Origin: Bacteroidales bacterium
GTDB lineage: Bacteria; Bacteroidota; Bacteroidia; Bacteroidales; GCA-2748055
Length of the DNA: 64,000 bases
Assembly: GCA_021738565.1 (NCBI GenBank)
Contig: JAIPBT010000014.1
Span: 25,821-89,820 of the forward strand
Direction: 5' to 3'
The translations under genes were made by a program, and so were the position numbers. Shown one piece after another: positions 31,601-40,130 of the stretch (position 1 is the stretch's first letter; every line of letters starts with the position of its first letter). The notes beneath the pieces are model-generated. The model had not been told where the DNA came from. It ran no database searches and was given only the letters and a program-made list of their open reading frames with translations.

Positions 31601-33160
31601 ATGATGAGATCTATAATAAAAAATTTGACGGTATTCATTGCAATTTTCCTGATCGGCTCCTGTGAAAGCTACCTGGATATTACACCCAAAGACCGGCTCA
31701 GTGAAGCACAATATTACCAGACCGAACAGGATGCCATCGAAGTGGTCACTTCATGCTACGACCCATTAAAACATCCGGGAGGATTCAATATCAACTTCTT
31801 TTTTATGTTCACAACCTTCAGCGACAGGGCGGTCCATGAAGCTGCAGCCGTGAACCAGTTTACGTTTGATGCTTCATACAGCCGGGTGCTCGAAATATAT
31901 ACTTACATGAGCAAGGGTATTTTCAGGTGCAACCTTGCTTTTGAAAAAATACCCCCCATTGAAATGGACGAGGGCCTGAAAGAAGAACTGCTTGCACAGG
32001 TTCATTTCCTCAGAGGGCTGTATAACTTTTACATGACCACCATTTACAACGAGCCTCCCCTGATAGACTACCTGGTAAAAGATGTTGATCAGCAATTTGA
32101 GAACAGTTCAAGAGAGGAGTTTAAGAGGTCAATTATTAGCGATATGAAGATCGCTGCTGAAGGATTGCCTGCTGCCTGGGATGATGCCAACCTGGGCCGC
32201 GCTACCCGGGGAGCTGCACTGGCAATGATCGGGAAAACATATCTCTATTTTCAACAATGGGACAGCGCTAAAATATACTTGCAACAAGTTAAGGATATGG
32301 CTGATAACGACAATGTTTACGGATTGCTGATGCCGAAGGGCACCGATTCGCTGGATTACTGCTATGCCTACCAGGCCAACTTCTCAGCCATTGATCTTAC
32401 AACCCCCTCCGGGAATACCTATGACTCGGAAAACAACCTTGAATCAATATTCGAAATACAATTCCATTACGGGGGATGGCAGGTCTGGGAAGGCGGATGG
32501 CAGGCAGACGGATCCCTAACCGATCTGTATTTTGGACCTGAGGGTTACAAAAACCTTGCCCCAACAGCCGAATACCGCGATCAGTTCGAGGAAACACCTG
32601 ACCATCCTGCTGGTCTGAAAGATGATCCAAGAAGGTATGTCATGTTCTTCGAACCCGGGGATACCATTTATTATATTGATCAAACGGTTGACCCCATTCC
32701 ATGGGAGGAAAATCTTAATATGAACGGGGCCATCTCAGAAGGATTTGGCTGGGCCAAATACTTCAACCCGGCACACCAGAGCAACAACGGTCCCACCAAC
32801 CTCAGACTCATAAGATATGCCGATGTTCTATTAATGCTTGCTGAAGCAGATTTTATGTCAAACGGTGAATCAAGTTCCCAGCTCGGGTTGGACTGCATCA
32901 ATGCAGTAAGGCAAAGAGCCGGCCTTGAAGGGATCGAAACCGTTACGCGCGAAGCCATCATGCATGAACGGGACATTGAACTGGGCTTTGAATGGTTCAG
33001 GTTCTTTGACCTTGTGCGCTGGAGCATGCTTGAAGACCCCTGGGTGGATATCGAAGAGATGATCCCCTACTTCCAGAAGGGGAAAAATGAATACCTCCCC
33101 ATTCCATTGTACGAAATCAACCTGGCCAGGGAAACATTGAAACAAAATCCCGGTTGGTGA
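31601..33160 (+). CDS. SusD/RagB-family nutrient-binding lipoprotein
   Basis: 519 aa with the lipobox FLIGSCES, starting 15 nt after susC-like. SusD-like motifs LIRYADVLLMLAEA and ERDIELGFEWFRFFDLVRW. Confidence 0.85.
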   Translation: MMRSIIKNLTVFIAIFLIGSCESYLDITPKDRLSEAQYYQTEQDAIEVVTSCYDPLKHPGGFNINFFFMFTTFSDRAVHEAAAVNQFTFDASYSRVLEIYTYMSKGIFRCNLAFEKIPPIEMDEGLKEELLAQVHFLRGLYNFYMTTIYNEPPLIDYLVKDVDQQFENSSREEFKRSIISDMKIAAEGLPAAWDDANLGRATRGAALAMIGKTYLYFQQWDSAKIYLQQVKDMADNDNVYGLLMPKGTDSLDYCYAYQANFSAIDLTTPSGNTYDSENNLESIFEIQFHYGGWQVWEGGWQADGSLTDLYFGPEGYKNLAPTAEYRDQFEETPDHPAGLKDDPRRYVMFFEPGDTIYYIDQTVDPIPWEENLNMNGAISEGFGWAKYFNPAHQSNNGPTNLRLIRYADVLLMLAEADFMSNGESSSQLGLDCINAVRQRAGLEGIETVTREAIMHERDIELGFEWFRFFDLVRWSMLEDPWVDIEEMIPYFQKGKNEYLPIPLYEINLARETLKQNPGW

Positions 33161-33289
33161 TAAGACAGTCATGAGGGTAACGAATGTGGATCTGAGCAAG
33201 CAAAACAGCATCAGTACTTCAGGTTACACGATAATGAACATGGGAAAGGTAATGGGGGAAACAGATGAACAGCCGGAACAGCATTAAGC

Positions 33290-33820
33290 ATGGAACTTCG
33301 CGATTTTCTCACCAACAATGACCTCAGGTTACAAAAAGAAGAAATTGTATCCATCATCGGACCGGATCCGGATGCATTCAATGCTTTAATGGAATATTCC
33401 TTGTCAAGGCAAATGCCTGTTTGCTGGAGGGCCGCATGGATCATGGACCATATGGCTGAAAAACATCCCTGGCTTGCTGAACCACATATTGACAAAATGT
33501 GGAATGAAATACCGAAGGAACATCCTGACGGGGTAACCAGGAGCATACTCCGGCTTCTGACCAGGTATGAAATACCGGAGGATATGCAGGGACTTGCAAC
33601 CGATCTTTGTCTGAACTGGCTTGAAAAAGAAGCAGTGCCGGTGGCCATTAAAGTTTTCAGCATGGAGGTCCTGCTGAACATAACCCGCATTCATCCCGAA
33701 TTGAGAAATGAATTCATCACCCTGATCGAAGATCAGCTCCCCTTTAATTCTGCAGGCTACAAAGCAAGAGCCGACCGGATTATAAAGCAAATGAAAAAAG
33801 CCGCGGATCACTCCAGGTAA
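33290..33820 (+). CDS. Hypothetical all-helical (HEAT/ARM-like) cytoplasmic protein
   Basis: 176-aa ORF with ordinary composition. The competing antisense ORF (33211..33690) is Ser-rich and typical of a shadow frame. No family was recognised with confidence. Confidence 0.4.
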   Translation: MELRDFLTNNDLRLQKEEIVSIIGPDPDAFNALMEYSLSRQMPVCWRAAWIMDHMAEKHPWLAEPHIDKMWNEIPKEHPDGVTRSILRLLTRYEIPEDMQGLATDLCLNWLEKEAVPVAIKVFSMEVLLNITRIHPELRNEFITLIEDQLPFNSAGYKARADRIIKQMKKAADHSR

Positions 33821-34410
33821 CCCGCCAAGTGTTCATCAAAGATCTGGCTGTGTATGATGCGGTAATGGGGGTGGTACGAACGGATATATCGCTTACTGTG
33901 ATGCACTACATATTCCCCGTTTTGCAACAGTGAATCAATAAATTCCCTGTCACTTCCATAGCCATCCAAAGTTTGGGCAACATGTTCAATCTCACCCAGG
34001 ATCATGCCCCATTTCTCAATCCATTCAGCGTGGGAGATTCCTTCTACCGAATTTACACTTTCAATAAAATACCTGAAAAAAGTGTCCCGGGGAATGATGT
34101 TGTCTTTGATCAATGAAAGATTAACGCGATAGAAATTGCCTTCATAACCGGTTGGTTCAATGAGGACCGAATCAATGTAATCATCCTGTGACAATTCATA
34201 ATCCAGGTATCGACCGGCAGATGCAGTATCCGATATCAGGTGCCCCGGACCAAAATAATCCTGGAAATAAGATTTGTAGAGGTCCTTGAGCGTAGAGGCG
34301 GGATACATCTCAAGTTTTGTTCCCAACGATTTCCTTATGATTTCACTTTCGGTTTCCATACAACCCGTGATCATCAGCAATACAAGCAACAGGACCATTG
34401 TTCTAGTCAT
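33808..34410 (-). CDS. Hypothetical lipoprotein
   Basis: The internal start MTRTMVLLLVLLMITGC (lipobox) is preferred over the ORF-track start at 34461. It overlaps the convergent upstream gene by 13 nt. No family was recognised. Confidence 0.45.
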   Translation of the reverse strand: MTRTMVLLLVLLMITGCMETESEIIRKSLGTKLEMYPASTLKDLYKSYFQDYFGPGHLISDTASAGRYLDYELSQDDYIDSVLIEPTGYEGNFYRVNLSLIKDNIIPRDTFFRYFIESVNSVEGISHAEWIEKWGMILGEIEHVAQTLDGYGSDREFIDSLLQNGEYVVHHSKRYIRSYHPHYRIIHSQIFDEHLAGYLE

Positions 34411-34507
34411 ACCTACAAACAGATTTAAAGATATGATTTTGAATTCATATCTATTATACAAAAGTACACATTAAAATGTTGGCTATCTTTATGATGGCTA
34501 TAAAGAA

Positions 34508-35212
34508 TTGCACATGCAAAAAAGAGATATTTGTTTCATTTTATACAGGCCCGCGGTGCCGGGAAACATTGGTGCCAGTGCGCGGGCGATAAAAACAATG
34601 GGGTTCGATGATCTCAGGCTCATTGAACCTGCTGATCACCTTTCGGATGAGGCCCGGATGATGGCACACGGGTCTGTTGATATCCTTGAAAAAGCAAAAA
34701 TATTTACAAGTTTTGAAGAAGCCGCGGCAGACCTCGACCTGGTGATCGCCACCACAGCCAAAACAAAAGCTGCAAAAGTGGATTATATCCGTTCAGATCA
34801 TTTGCTAAAATTCCTTGAGGATAAAGGTTCAATGGTTAAAAAAGCAGGGATCGTATTCGGAACAGAAGAGAGCGGATTGCCCGGTCGCATCATCCTGAAT
34901 TCAAATGCCGGACTGTCCATTCCCATGGAAACCAAATACCCTTCACTGAACCTTTCACAGGCCGTTATGATCATTGCCTATGAGCTGTGTAAAAGTCAGG
35001 ATAAGGCAGTTGATTCTGTAACAGAAAACCAACCGGATCCTTCCTGGAATGAATTGCAGGAACGGACCTCCATTATCCTGGAAAAAAGCGGCATCCTCCC
35101 CTCCACCCCGCTCTACCACAGGATCATTGAAAGGATGTCCTTTCTGAAGGCCTCAGACGCGCGGCTGGTGCATTCAGTAACAAGCAGATTGATGAAAGTG
35201 CTCACTTTTTGA
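34508..35212 (+). CDS. trmJ: SpoU/TrmH-superfamily RNA 2'-O-methyltransferase, TrmJ-like
   Basis: 234 aa. ILYRPAVPGNIGASARAIKTMGF aligns to the E. coli TrmJ N-terminus. Also GIVFGTEESGL and YPSLNLSQAVMIIAYEL (SPOUT knot motifs). Confidence 0.7.
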   Translation: MHMQKRDICFILYRPAVPGNIGASARAIKTMGFDDLRLIEPADHLSDEARMMAHGSVDILEKAKIFTSFEEAAADLDLVIATTAKTKAAKVDYIRSDHLLKFLEDKGSMVKKAGIVFGTEESGLPGRIILNSNAGLSIPMETKYPSLNLSQAVMIIAYELCKSQDKAVDSVTENQPDPSWNELQERTSIILEKSGILPSTPLYHRIIERMSFLKASDARLVHSVTSRLMKVLTF

Positions 35213-35506
35213 GGGTTAGGAGTTCGGCGGCGAGTTTAGAGTAAATCCTTCGCAATGGCAGGGTTACACAGACCACGGAGAAAGCACAGATCACGAAGAA
35301 TATGTTGGTGTCTCGCAGAATCCGCCGCGGCAGATACGCAGAAGTCAGTTTGTCGGTTCGACAGTGCGACAGAAACTTATCTGCGATTGGAGATCTGCGA
35401 GAAATAAAAGTCGGTCTCTCGCAGACCAGGCAAACCTAAATGCAGTTTTTTTGTATGGCTTCGCGGATTTACAGTCCCTCGGCTTCCTCGGGAACCCTGC
35501 TCCCAG

Positions 35507-35641
35507 TCACCTGGTCACCTGATCACCTTTTGCTCCTGGCTTTTGGCCTTTGGCCATTGGCTCTTCACCCCCTCACCTTGTCTCCTGGTCTTCCAGTCCC
35601 GGCTCCTGGCCCCTGGCCTTTGGCTTTTGGCTTTTGGCCCT
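35507..35641. repeat. Heptanucleotide tandem array (YYTGGCY type, about 15 phase-locked units plus degenerate leaders), locus B
   Basis: The phase 35537+7k holds through 35635 (cctggct tttggcc tttggcc attggct ... cctggcc cctggcc tttggct tttggct tttggcc). The array abuts the stop codon of the sulfatase gene at 35642. It is preceded by the same 25-nt word as locus A (35493-35517). Confidence 0.9.
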
Positions 35642-37039
35642 CTATTTCATCAAATAATAATCCTCCCCGTACTTTTCAATCACATGGTCATAATGGCTCC
35701 TGTCTGCATCTGACCTGATGAAAAGGGGTGGTGGAAATGATCCCTTTGACTGCTTGTATTGTTCCATCGATTCAAGCATTTCTTTCACCTTTTCAGGGTA
35801 TTCCTCTGCAAGGTTATTAAGTTCTCCGGGGTCTTCTTTCAGGTTGATGAGCAGCAAAGGGTGCGGGGGAACGGCATGTTTCCATGTTGCTCCCTCAAAA
35901 CCATCGTATGCAAGTTTGATCTTCCAGTCACCTTTTCTGTAGCATTCCAGTTTGGTTCCGTCGTAATACAGAAATTCATTTTGCTCACGTTTTCCCTGTC
36001 CATCAAAAACCTCCACCAGGCTTTCCCCGTCATAATCCCTGTCATCGGGCAATGCAACACCGGCAATTTCACAAATGGTTGGCAACCAGTCCATCATCAA
36101 CCCCATGTCATCATAAACGGTTGCAGGCCTTATCCCGTCCGGCCACATGGCAAGCGTGGGAACTCGCTGACCTCCTTCAAAGGTGTATTGCTTTCCTTCC
36201 CTTAACCCGCCTGCTGATCCGCCATGGTCACGCATAACCAGCCAGGGTCCGTTGTCGCTCGAGAAAACAACAAGTGTATTTTCCAGGATCCCCTCATCTT
36301 CCAGTTTATCCAAAACCTGTCCGACACTCCAGTCCAGTTCCTGGATCACGTCTCCATACAAACCACGGTCCGAAGTTCCGAGGAAATCTTCTGACGCATA
36401 GATCGGGACATGCGGCATGGAATGAGCCAGGTAAAGGAAAAATGGATTTCCGGCATGCCGGTCGATAAAATCCAGCGCTTTTTCAGTATATGTTTTGGTG
36501 GTAAGGCTCTGATCAGGATGAAAGTCCACCACTTCATTTCCTTCCAGGTAGACCACGCTCTCCATATCATTGCTGTAAGGAATGCCGAAGTATTCATCAA
36601 ATCCTCGCTGAAGGGGAAGATAGCGATGCATATGTCCCAGGTGCCATTTGCCAACAATACCTGTTGCATAGCCCCTTGTTTTTAATAAATCTGCAATGGT
36701 ATTCTCTTCAACAGGCATCCCGGTGTAAGATTCCGGGAAAAACACACCGTGAACCCCCATTCTCTGGGGGATTCTTCCGGTCATTAAAGCTGCCCGTGAA
36801 GGAGAGCAGACCGGTGAGGCTGAGTAAAATTCAGTAAATTTCATCCCCTCTTTTGCCATCCGGTCGATGTTTGGAGTTTTTATGTCGGTAGCCCCGAAAC
36901 AGCCAAGGTCTCCATACCCCAGGTCATCGCAGTAAATGATAACAAAGTTGGTTCCCTCTTGCATTTTTTCTGTCGCCTGGTTACAGGATACCGGAAGCAG
37001 CAATGAAACAAATGGAATAATAATTTTTATCCACTTCAT
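35642..37039 (-). CDS. Sulfatase (formylglycine-dependent, arylsulfatase A-like)
   Basis: 465 aa with a signal peptide. Motifs: FVIIYCDDLGYGDLG, C-x-P-x-R in SPVCSPSRAALMTGR, GKWHLG, and FSSDNGPW. Confidence 0.85.
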   Translation of the reverse strand: MKWIKIIIPFVSLLLPVSCNQATEKMQEGTNFVIIYCDDLGYGDLGCFGATDIKTPNIDRMAKEGMKFTEFYSASPVCSPSRAALMTGRIPQRMGVHGVFFPESYTGMPVEENTIADLLKTRGYATGIVGKWHLGHMHRYLPLQRGFDEYFGIPYSNDMESVVYLEGNEVVDFHPDQSLTTKTYTEKALDFIDRHAGNPFFLYLAHSMPHVPIYASEDFLGTSDRGLYGDVIQELDWSVGQVLDKLEDEGILENTLVVFSSDNGPWLVMRDHGGSAGGLREGKQYTFEGGQRVPTLAMWPDGIRPATVYDDMGLMMDWLPTICEIAGVALPDDRDYDGESLVEVFDGQGKREQNEFLYYDGTKLECYRKGDWKIKLAYDGFEGATWKHAVPPHPLLLINLKEDPGELNNLAEEYPEKVKEMLESMEQYKQSKGSFPPPLFIRSDADRSHYDHVIEKYGEDYYLMK

Positions 37040-37049
37040 TTTTCAGGAG

Positions 37050-38153
37050 TTATTGGTTTTGAAAAAATATCTCCATCAGTTCCCCGTCTACCTCACCTTC
37101 GTCATCGAATATACCGAAACTTCCCTTGTAACACCAGTTGGCCCATCCGATACCCTCCTCCTCAAGAGCAGTGATCATATCATCGTACCATCTTAAACCA
37201 TCCTCCCTGGGCGCAGGTTTATACACACCAAATTCGCCACAATAGAGTGGCAAATCATATTTTTTTGCAACTTTCAAGGGCTTCTGGAACATCTTCAGGA
37301 TGGTATCTTTTGTAAAGTATTTTCCCGCTCCGCGCATGGCATTGGCCAGTTCATCAGGAAGTCCTTCAATATCCTCCTCCCTTACAACCTGACCGGGATA
37401 ATGAACAGGACCATCATAATCATAAATGTAGGTCCAGCTGGCCTGGTGATGCGTCAGTGCAAAAGGTGAATAAAAATGGAAACTCAGCAGGATATTCCGA
37501 TCATCTTCAGGAATTTCAAGCTGATCGAATGTTCCAGCAGATTGCCACATGTTTGATCCAATAACGATGGTTCGCTCAGGTTCTGATTCCCTGATCACAC
37601 CAACAGCTTCATTCAAAAGTGAATTCCACTGATCGGGATCATCGGCAACGGCTTCATTCATCAATTCATAGGCGACCTGACCTGTCGGGTACTTCTTCAA
37701 TTCACCGGAAAGATCCCTCCAAAGGTCAAAGAACCGTTCCTGTTCCTTACGTTCGGTCCAAAGTGGTTTTTCACCACGGTTAAAATGATGTGAACGCAGG
37801 ATATGCAGATCAACGATCACCCTGAGCCCCTCATCGCCGGACCAGCCTATCGCATTGTGAAGAAGTTGAAAGGCATCTTCATGCTTGTTCATCTGTTCAT
37901 CCCACATCTGTTCTTCATCGATGGGAAGCCTGATGTGATCGAATCCCAGTGATGCAATCCTCTCAACATCTTCCTGTGTAAAGAACGCGGCCCTTGCTTC
38001 TCCCCTGCGGTCACTCTGGCTCAGCCAGTGAGCAATGTTGGTGCCTCTTTTAACGGCAAATTCATCAAAGACGGATGTCTCTTTTTTTTCATTGTTGCAT
38101 GACGCCAGGAAAAAAACTGCCAGCATCAGCATAGCTTTCATTTTGTAATTCAT
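37050..38153 (-). CDS. Glycoside hydrolase family 5 (cellulase-superfamily) lipoprotein
   Basis: 367 aa with the lipobox FFLASCNN. Motifs: FDHIRLPID, acid/base YELMNEAV, and nucleophile LYCGEFGVY. Confidence 0.8.
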   Translation of the reverse strand: MNYKMKAMLMLAVFFLASCNNEKKETSVFDEFAVKRGTNIAHWLSQSDRRGEARAAFFTQEDVERIASLGFDHIRLPIDEEQMWDEQMNKHEDAFQLLHNAIGWSGDEGLRVIVDLHILRSHHFNRGEKPLWTERKEQERFFDLWRDLSGELKKYPTGQVAYELMNEAVADDPDQWNSLLNEAVGVIRESEPERTIVIGSNMWQSAGTFDQLEIPEDDRNILLSFHFYSPFALTHHQASWTYIYDYDGPVHYPGQVVREEDIEGLPDELANAMRGAGKYFTKDTILKMFQKPLKVAKKYDLPLYCGEFGVYKPAPREDGLRWYDDMITALEEEGIGWANWCYKGSFGIFDDEGEVDGELMEIFFQNQ

Positions 38154-38289
38154 AGCAATTGGTATTATAGTTTATAATTTGCACATCAAAGGACAATAAT
38201 AATTTCAGTCCATCAACCATAAAAGTAACTAAAAAACAGATTGATCATCAACATATCTCATCCATTTTGCCTGACAGGACCATTCAATG

Positions 38290-38315
38290 AAAAAAGGCTG
38301 CCCATCGGACAGCCT
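38290..38315 (-). terminator. Rho-independent terminator candidate after the Gfo/Idh/MocA gene
   Basis: On the minus strand, aggctg-tccgatggg-cagcct (6-bp GC-rich stem, plus-strand 38295-38300/38310-38315) is followed by a T6 run (plus-strand A run 38290-38295). It lies ~30 nt past the stop codon. Confidence 0.55.
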
Positions 38316-38343
38316 CTCTGAAAAATATAAAAAGATTGAATGC

Positions 38344-39837
38344 TTACATCAGCGACCATCCTTCACGATACTCATGCCTGATCATTTCCTCTGCAAATTT
38401 CTTTGCATTGATCGTCTCATGCTGGGTGTTAAACGACGGGTGACCGTTATGAATGGTAAATTCATCTGACTTAACGATACTCACCTCATCATTTTCGCCC
38501 AGGTTGGTGATCTTCATTGCTTCACCGTCCCACTGGAGTTCACGCTTCAGATCCTGCAGGCGAACAGCCAGGTTGCCCATTACGACCATTTCGTTCAGCG
38601 GTCCGGAATAGTTAAAGTTGGAACTTGCCTCAACCCTGTTTTCTGGTGATTCTTTACATGCCCTCACCCAGTCCATTTCATGGCTTGATTCAACCCTGCG
38701 CATCACTTTGGGAGCATCATATTCTTTGGTAACTTCCTTACCGTCTATCCACAACCTTGGATTTGCACCGTAGCATCCGCACATGATCTTACCCTTCTTG
38801 CCTTCGAAAATCACTCCGCCGCTCCAGTCGCCCATCATCTCCCCATCTTTAAGCTCCGGAATTCTTTGGGGCATCATACCTCCGTCATACCATGTAACAT
38901 GCACAGCAGGCATTTTCAATTTGTTTTGCTTGTCCCTTGCCGGGAACCTGTAATGTACCACCTCTGATTGGGGTGCACTTTCAGTATTAAATTGGGTGGA
39001 GCTTGCCTGCACAGCTTCCGGATGACCCAGTTTCAAACCCATAAATACCGGGTCGAGAATATGGCAGGCCATATCTCCAAGGGCTCCGGTGCCATAATCC
39101 CACCATCCACGCCAGTTCCATGGTGTGTATGCTTCGTGGTATGGACGCATTTTAGCCGGTCCGATAAACAGATCCCAATCCAGGGTTTCAGGAACCATCA
39201 TTCCATGTTCCGGTCTTTCCAGTCCCTGCGGCCAAATGGGCCTGTTGGTCCATGCATGTACCCTTTCCACCTCGCCAATAGCATCATCCCACAACCATTC
39301 CGACATGGTCCTGACTCCTTCGTTTGAATTTCCCTGGTTGCCCATTTGCGTGGCAACTCCATATGCCTTAGCTTTCAGGCGAAGCATCCTGGATTCATAA
39401 ACTGTATGAGTCAGGGGCTTTTGCACATACACGTGCTTCCCCATCATAATAGCTTGCATGGCTGTTATGGCATGGGTATGGTCGGGTGTAGCAACAACCA
39501 CTGCGTCAATGGAATCTCCCAATTCATCGTACATCTTCCGGTAATCTTTATAATGCCTGGCTTTGGAATATTCTTCAAATGTACCTTTGGCATAGCTCCA
39601 GTCAACATCGCATAAACCTATAATATTCTGAGAGTTCATGTTGTTAATGTTGGTATGCCCCATACCTCCGACACCGATTCCGACAATATTCAGTTTATCG
39701 CTGGGAGCAGTTCTCCCTTTTGCACTAATTATGCCACTGGGCAGGATAGTCATTCCAGCAGCTGCAGCAGCAGACGTTGCAACAAATTTCCTTCTTGACA
39801 CAACATTTTTCTCCTGTGATCTTTTAGATTTTTTCAT
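38344..39837 (-). CDS. Gfo/Idh/MocA-family NAD(P)-dependent oxidoreductase with twin-arginine signal (periplasmic sugar/glycoside dehydrogenase candidate)
   Basis: 497 aa. Tat motif SRRKFVATSAAAAAGMTIL. Rossmann motif LNIVGIGVGGMGHTN. The conserved VYVQKPL (EKP-type) motif is present. Confidence 0.85.
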   Translation of the reverse strand: MKKSKRSQEKNVVSRRKFVATSAAAAAGMTILPSGIISAKGRTAPSDKLNIVGIGVGGMGHTNINNMNSQNIIGLCDVDWSYAKGTFEEYSKARHYKDYRKMYDELGDSIDAVVVATPDHTHAITAMQAIMMGKHVYVQKPLTHTVYESRMLRLKAKAYGVATQMGNQGNSNEGVRTMSEWLWDDAIGEVERVHAWTNRPIWPQGLERPEHGMMVPETLDWDLFIGPAKMRPYHEAYTPWNWRGWWDYGTGALGDMACHILDPVFMGLKLGHPEAVQASSTQFNTESAPQSEVVHYRFPARDKQNKLKMPAVHVTWYDGGMMPQRIPELKDGEMMGDWSGGVIFEGKKGKIMCGCYGANPRLWIDGKEVTKEYDAPKVMRRVESSHEMDWVRACKESPENRVEASSNFNYSGPLNEMVVMGNLAVRLQDLKRELQWDGEAMKITNLGENDEVSIVKSDEFTIHNGHPSFNTQHETINAKKFAEEMIRHEYREGWSLM

Positions 39838-40130
39838 CAGAAAATAATTTAGTTATACTATTAATATTCAGTCTATTATATCTTCAAAAAACAGATGTCT
39901 TAATCCTAATGCCATGGAACCCTCATGTTATTTTCATTCCCTGTTGTGAACGTTGGTGCATGAGGGTTTCATCAGAAAATAATTTAGTTAAGCATATGTA
40001 TTTCAAATAATCATTATCTCAAATATATGACAATTTAGAGATTGATGCCATCGAACCTTCATGTTATTTATATTGCCTTTTGCAAACGATGGTGCATGAG
40101 GATTTCATAATAAAATAAGTTTAATAGTTG
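39834..40130 (-). repeat. Approx. 135-bp tandem repeat (about 2.2 copies) duplicating the translation-initiation region of the Gfo/Idh/MocA gene
   Basis: tcatcagaaaataatttagtta occurs at 39834 and again at 39969 (identical 22-mer). A degenerate third copy (tcataataaaataagttta) is at 40105. A ~58-nt hairpin module (atgccat[g/c]gaacc[c/t]tcatg...gtgcatgagg[g/a]tt) is also repeated. Confidence 0.85.

Noticed and set aside
33211-33690. 159-aa minus-strand ORF competing with the 176-aa plus-strand ORF 33290..33820
   Set aside because: The minus-frame product is Ser/Cys/Leu-rich with shadow-frame character. The plus-frame product has a balanced helical-repeat composition and sensible spacing to its neighbours.
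35440-35718. 92-aa ORF (and 41239..41478, 41310..41492 on the minus strand) rich in Pro/Leu/Ala/Trp/Gly
   Set aside because: These are direct translations of the heptanucleotide arrays, giving periodic LAPG/PLAFG-type peptides. One overlaps the sulfatase 3' end. They are not credible genes.
39834-40130. Considered whether the repeated intergenic units form a CRISPR array
   Set aside because: There are only about 2.2 copies with a ~135-bp period. The conserved parts (22 nt and ~58 nt) are not short direct repeats separated by unique spacers of CRISPR size, and no cas genes lie nearby.
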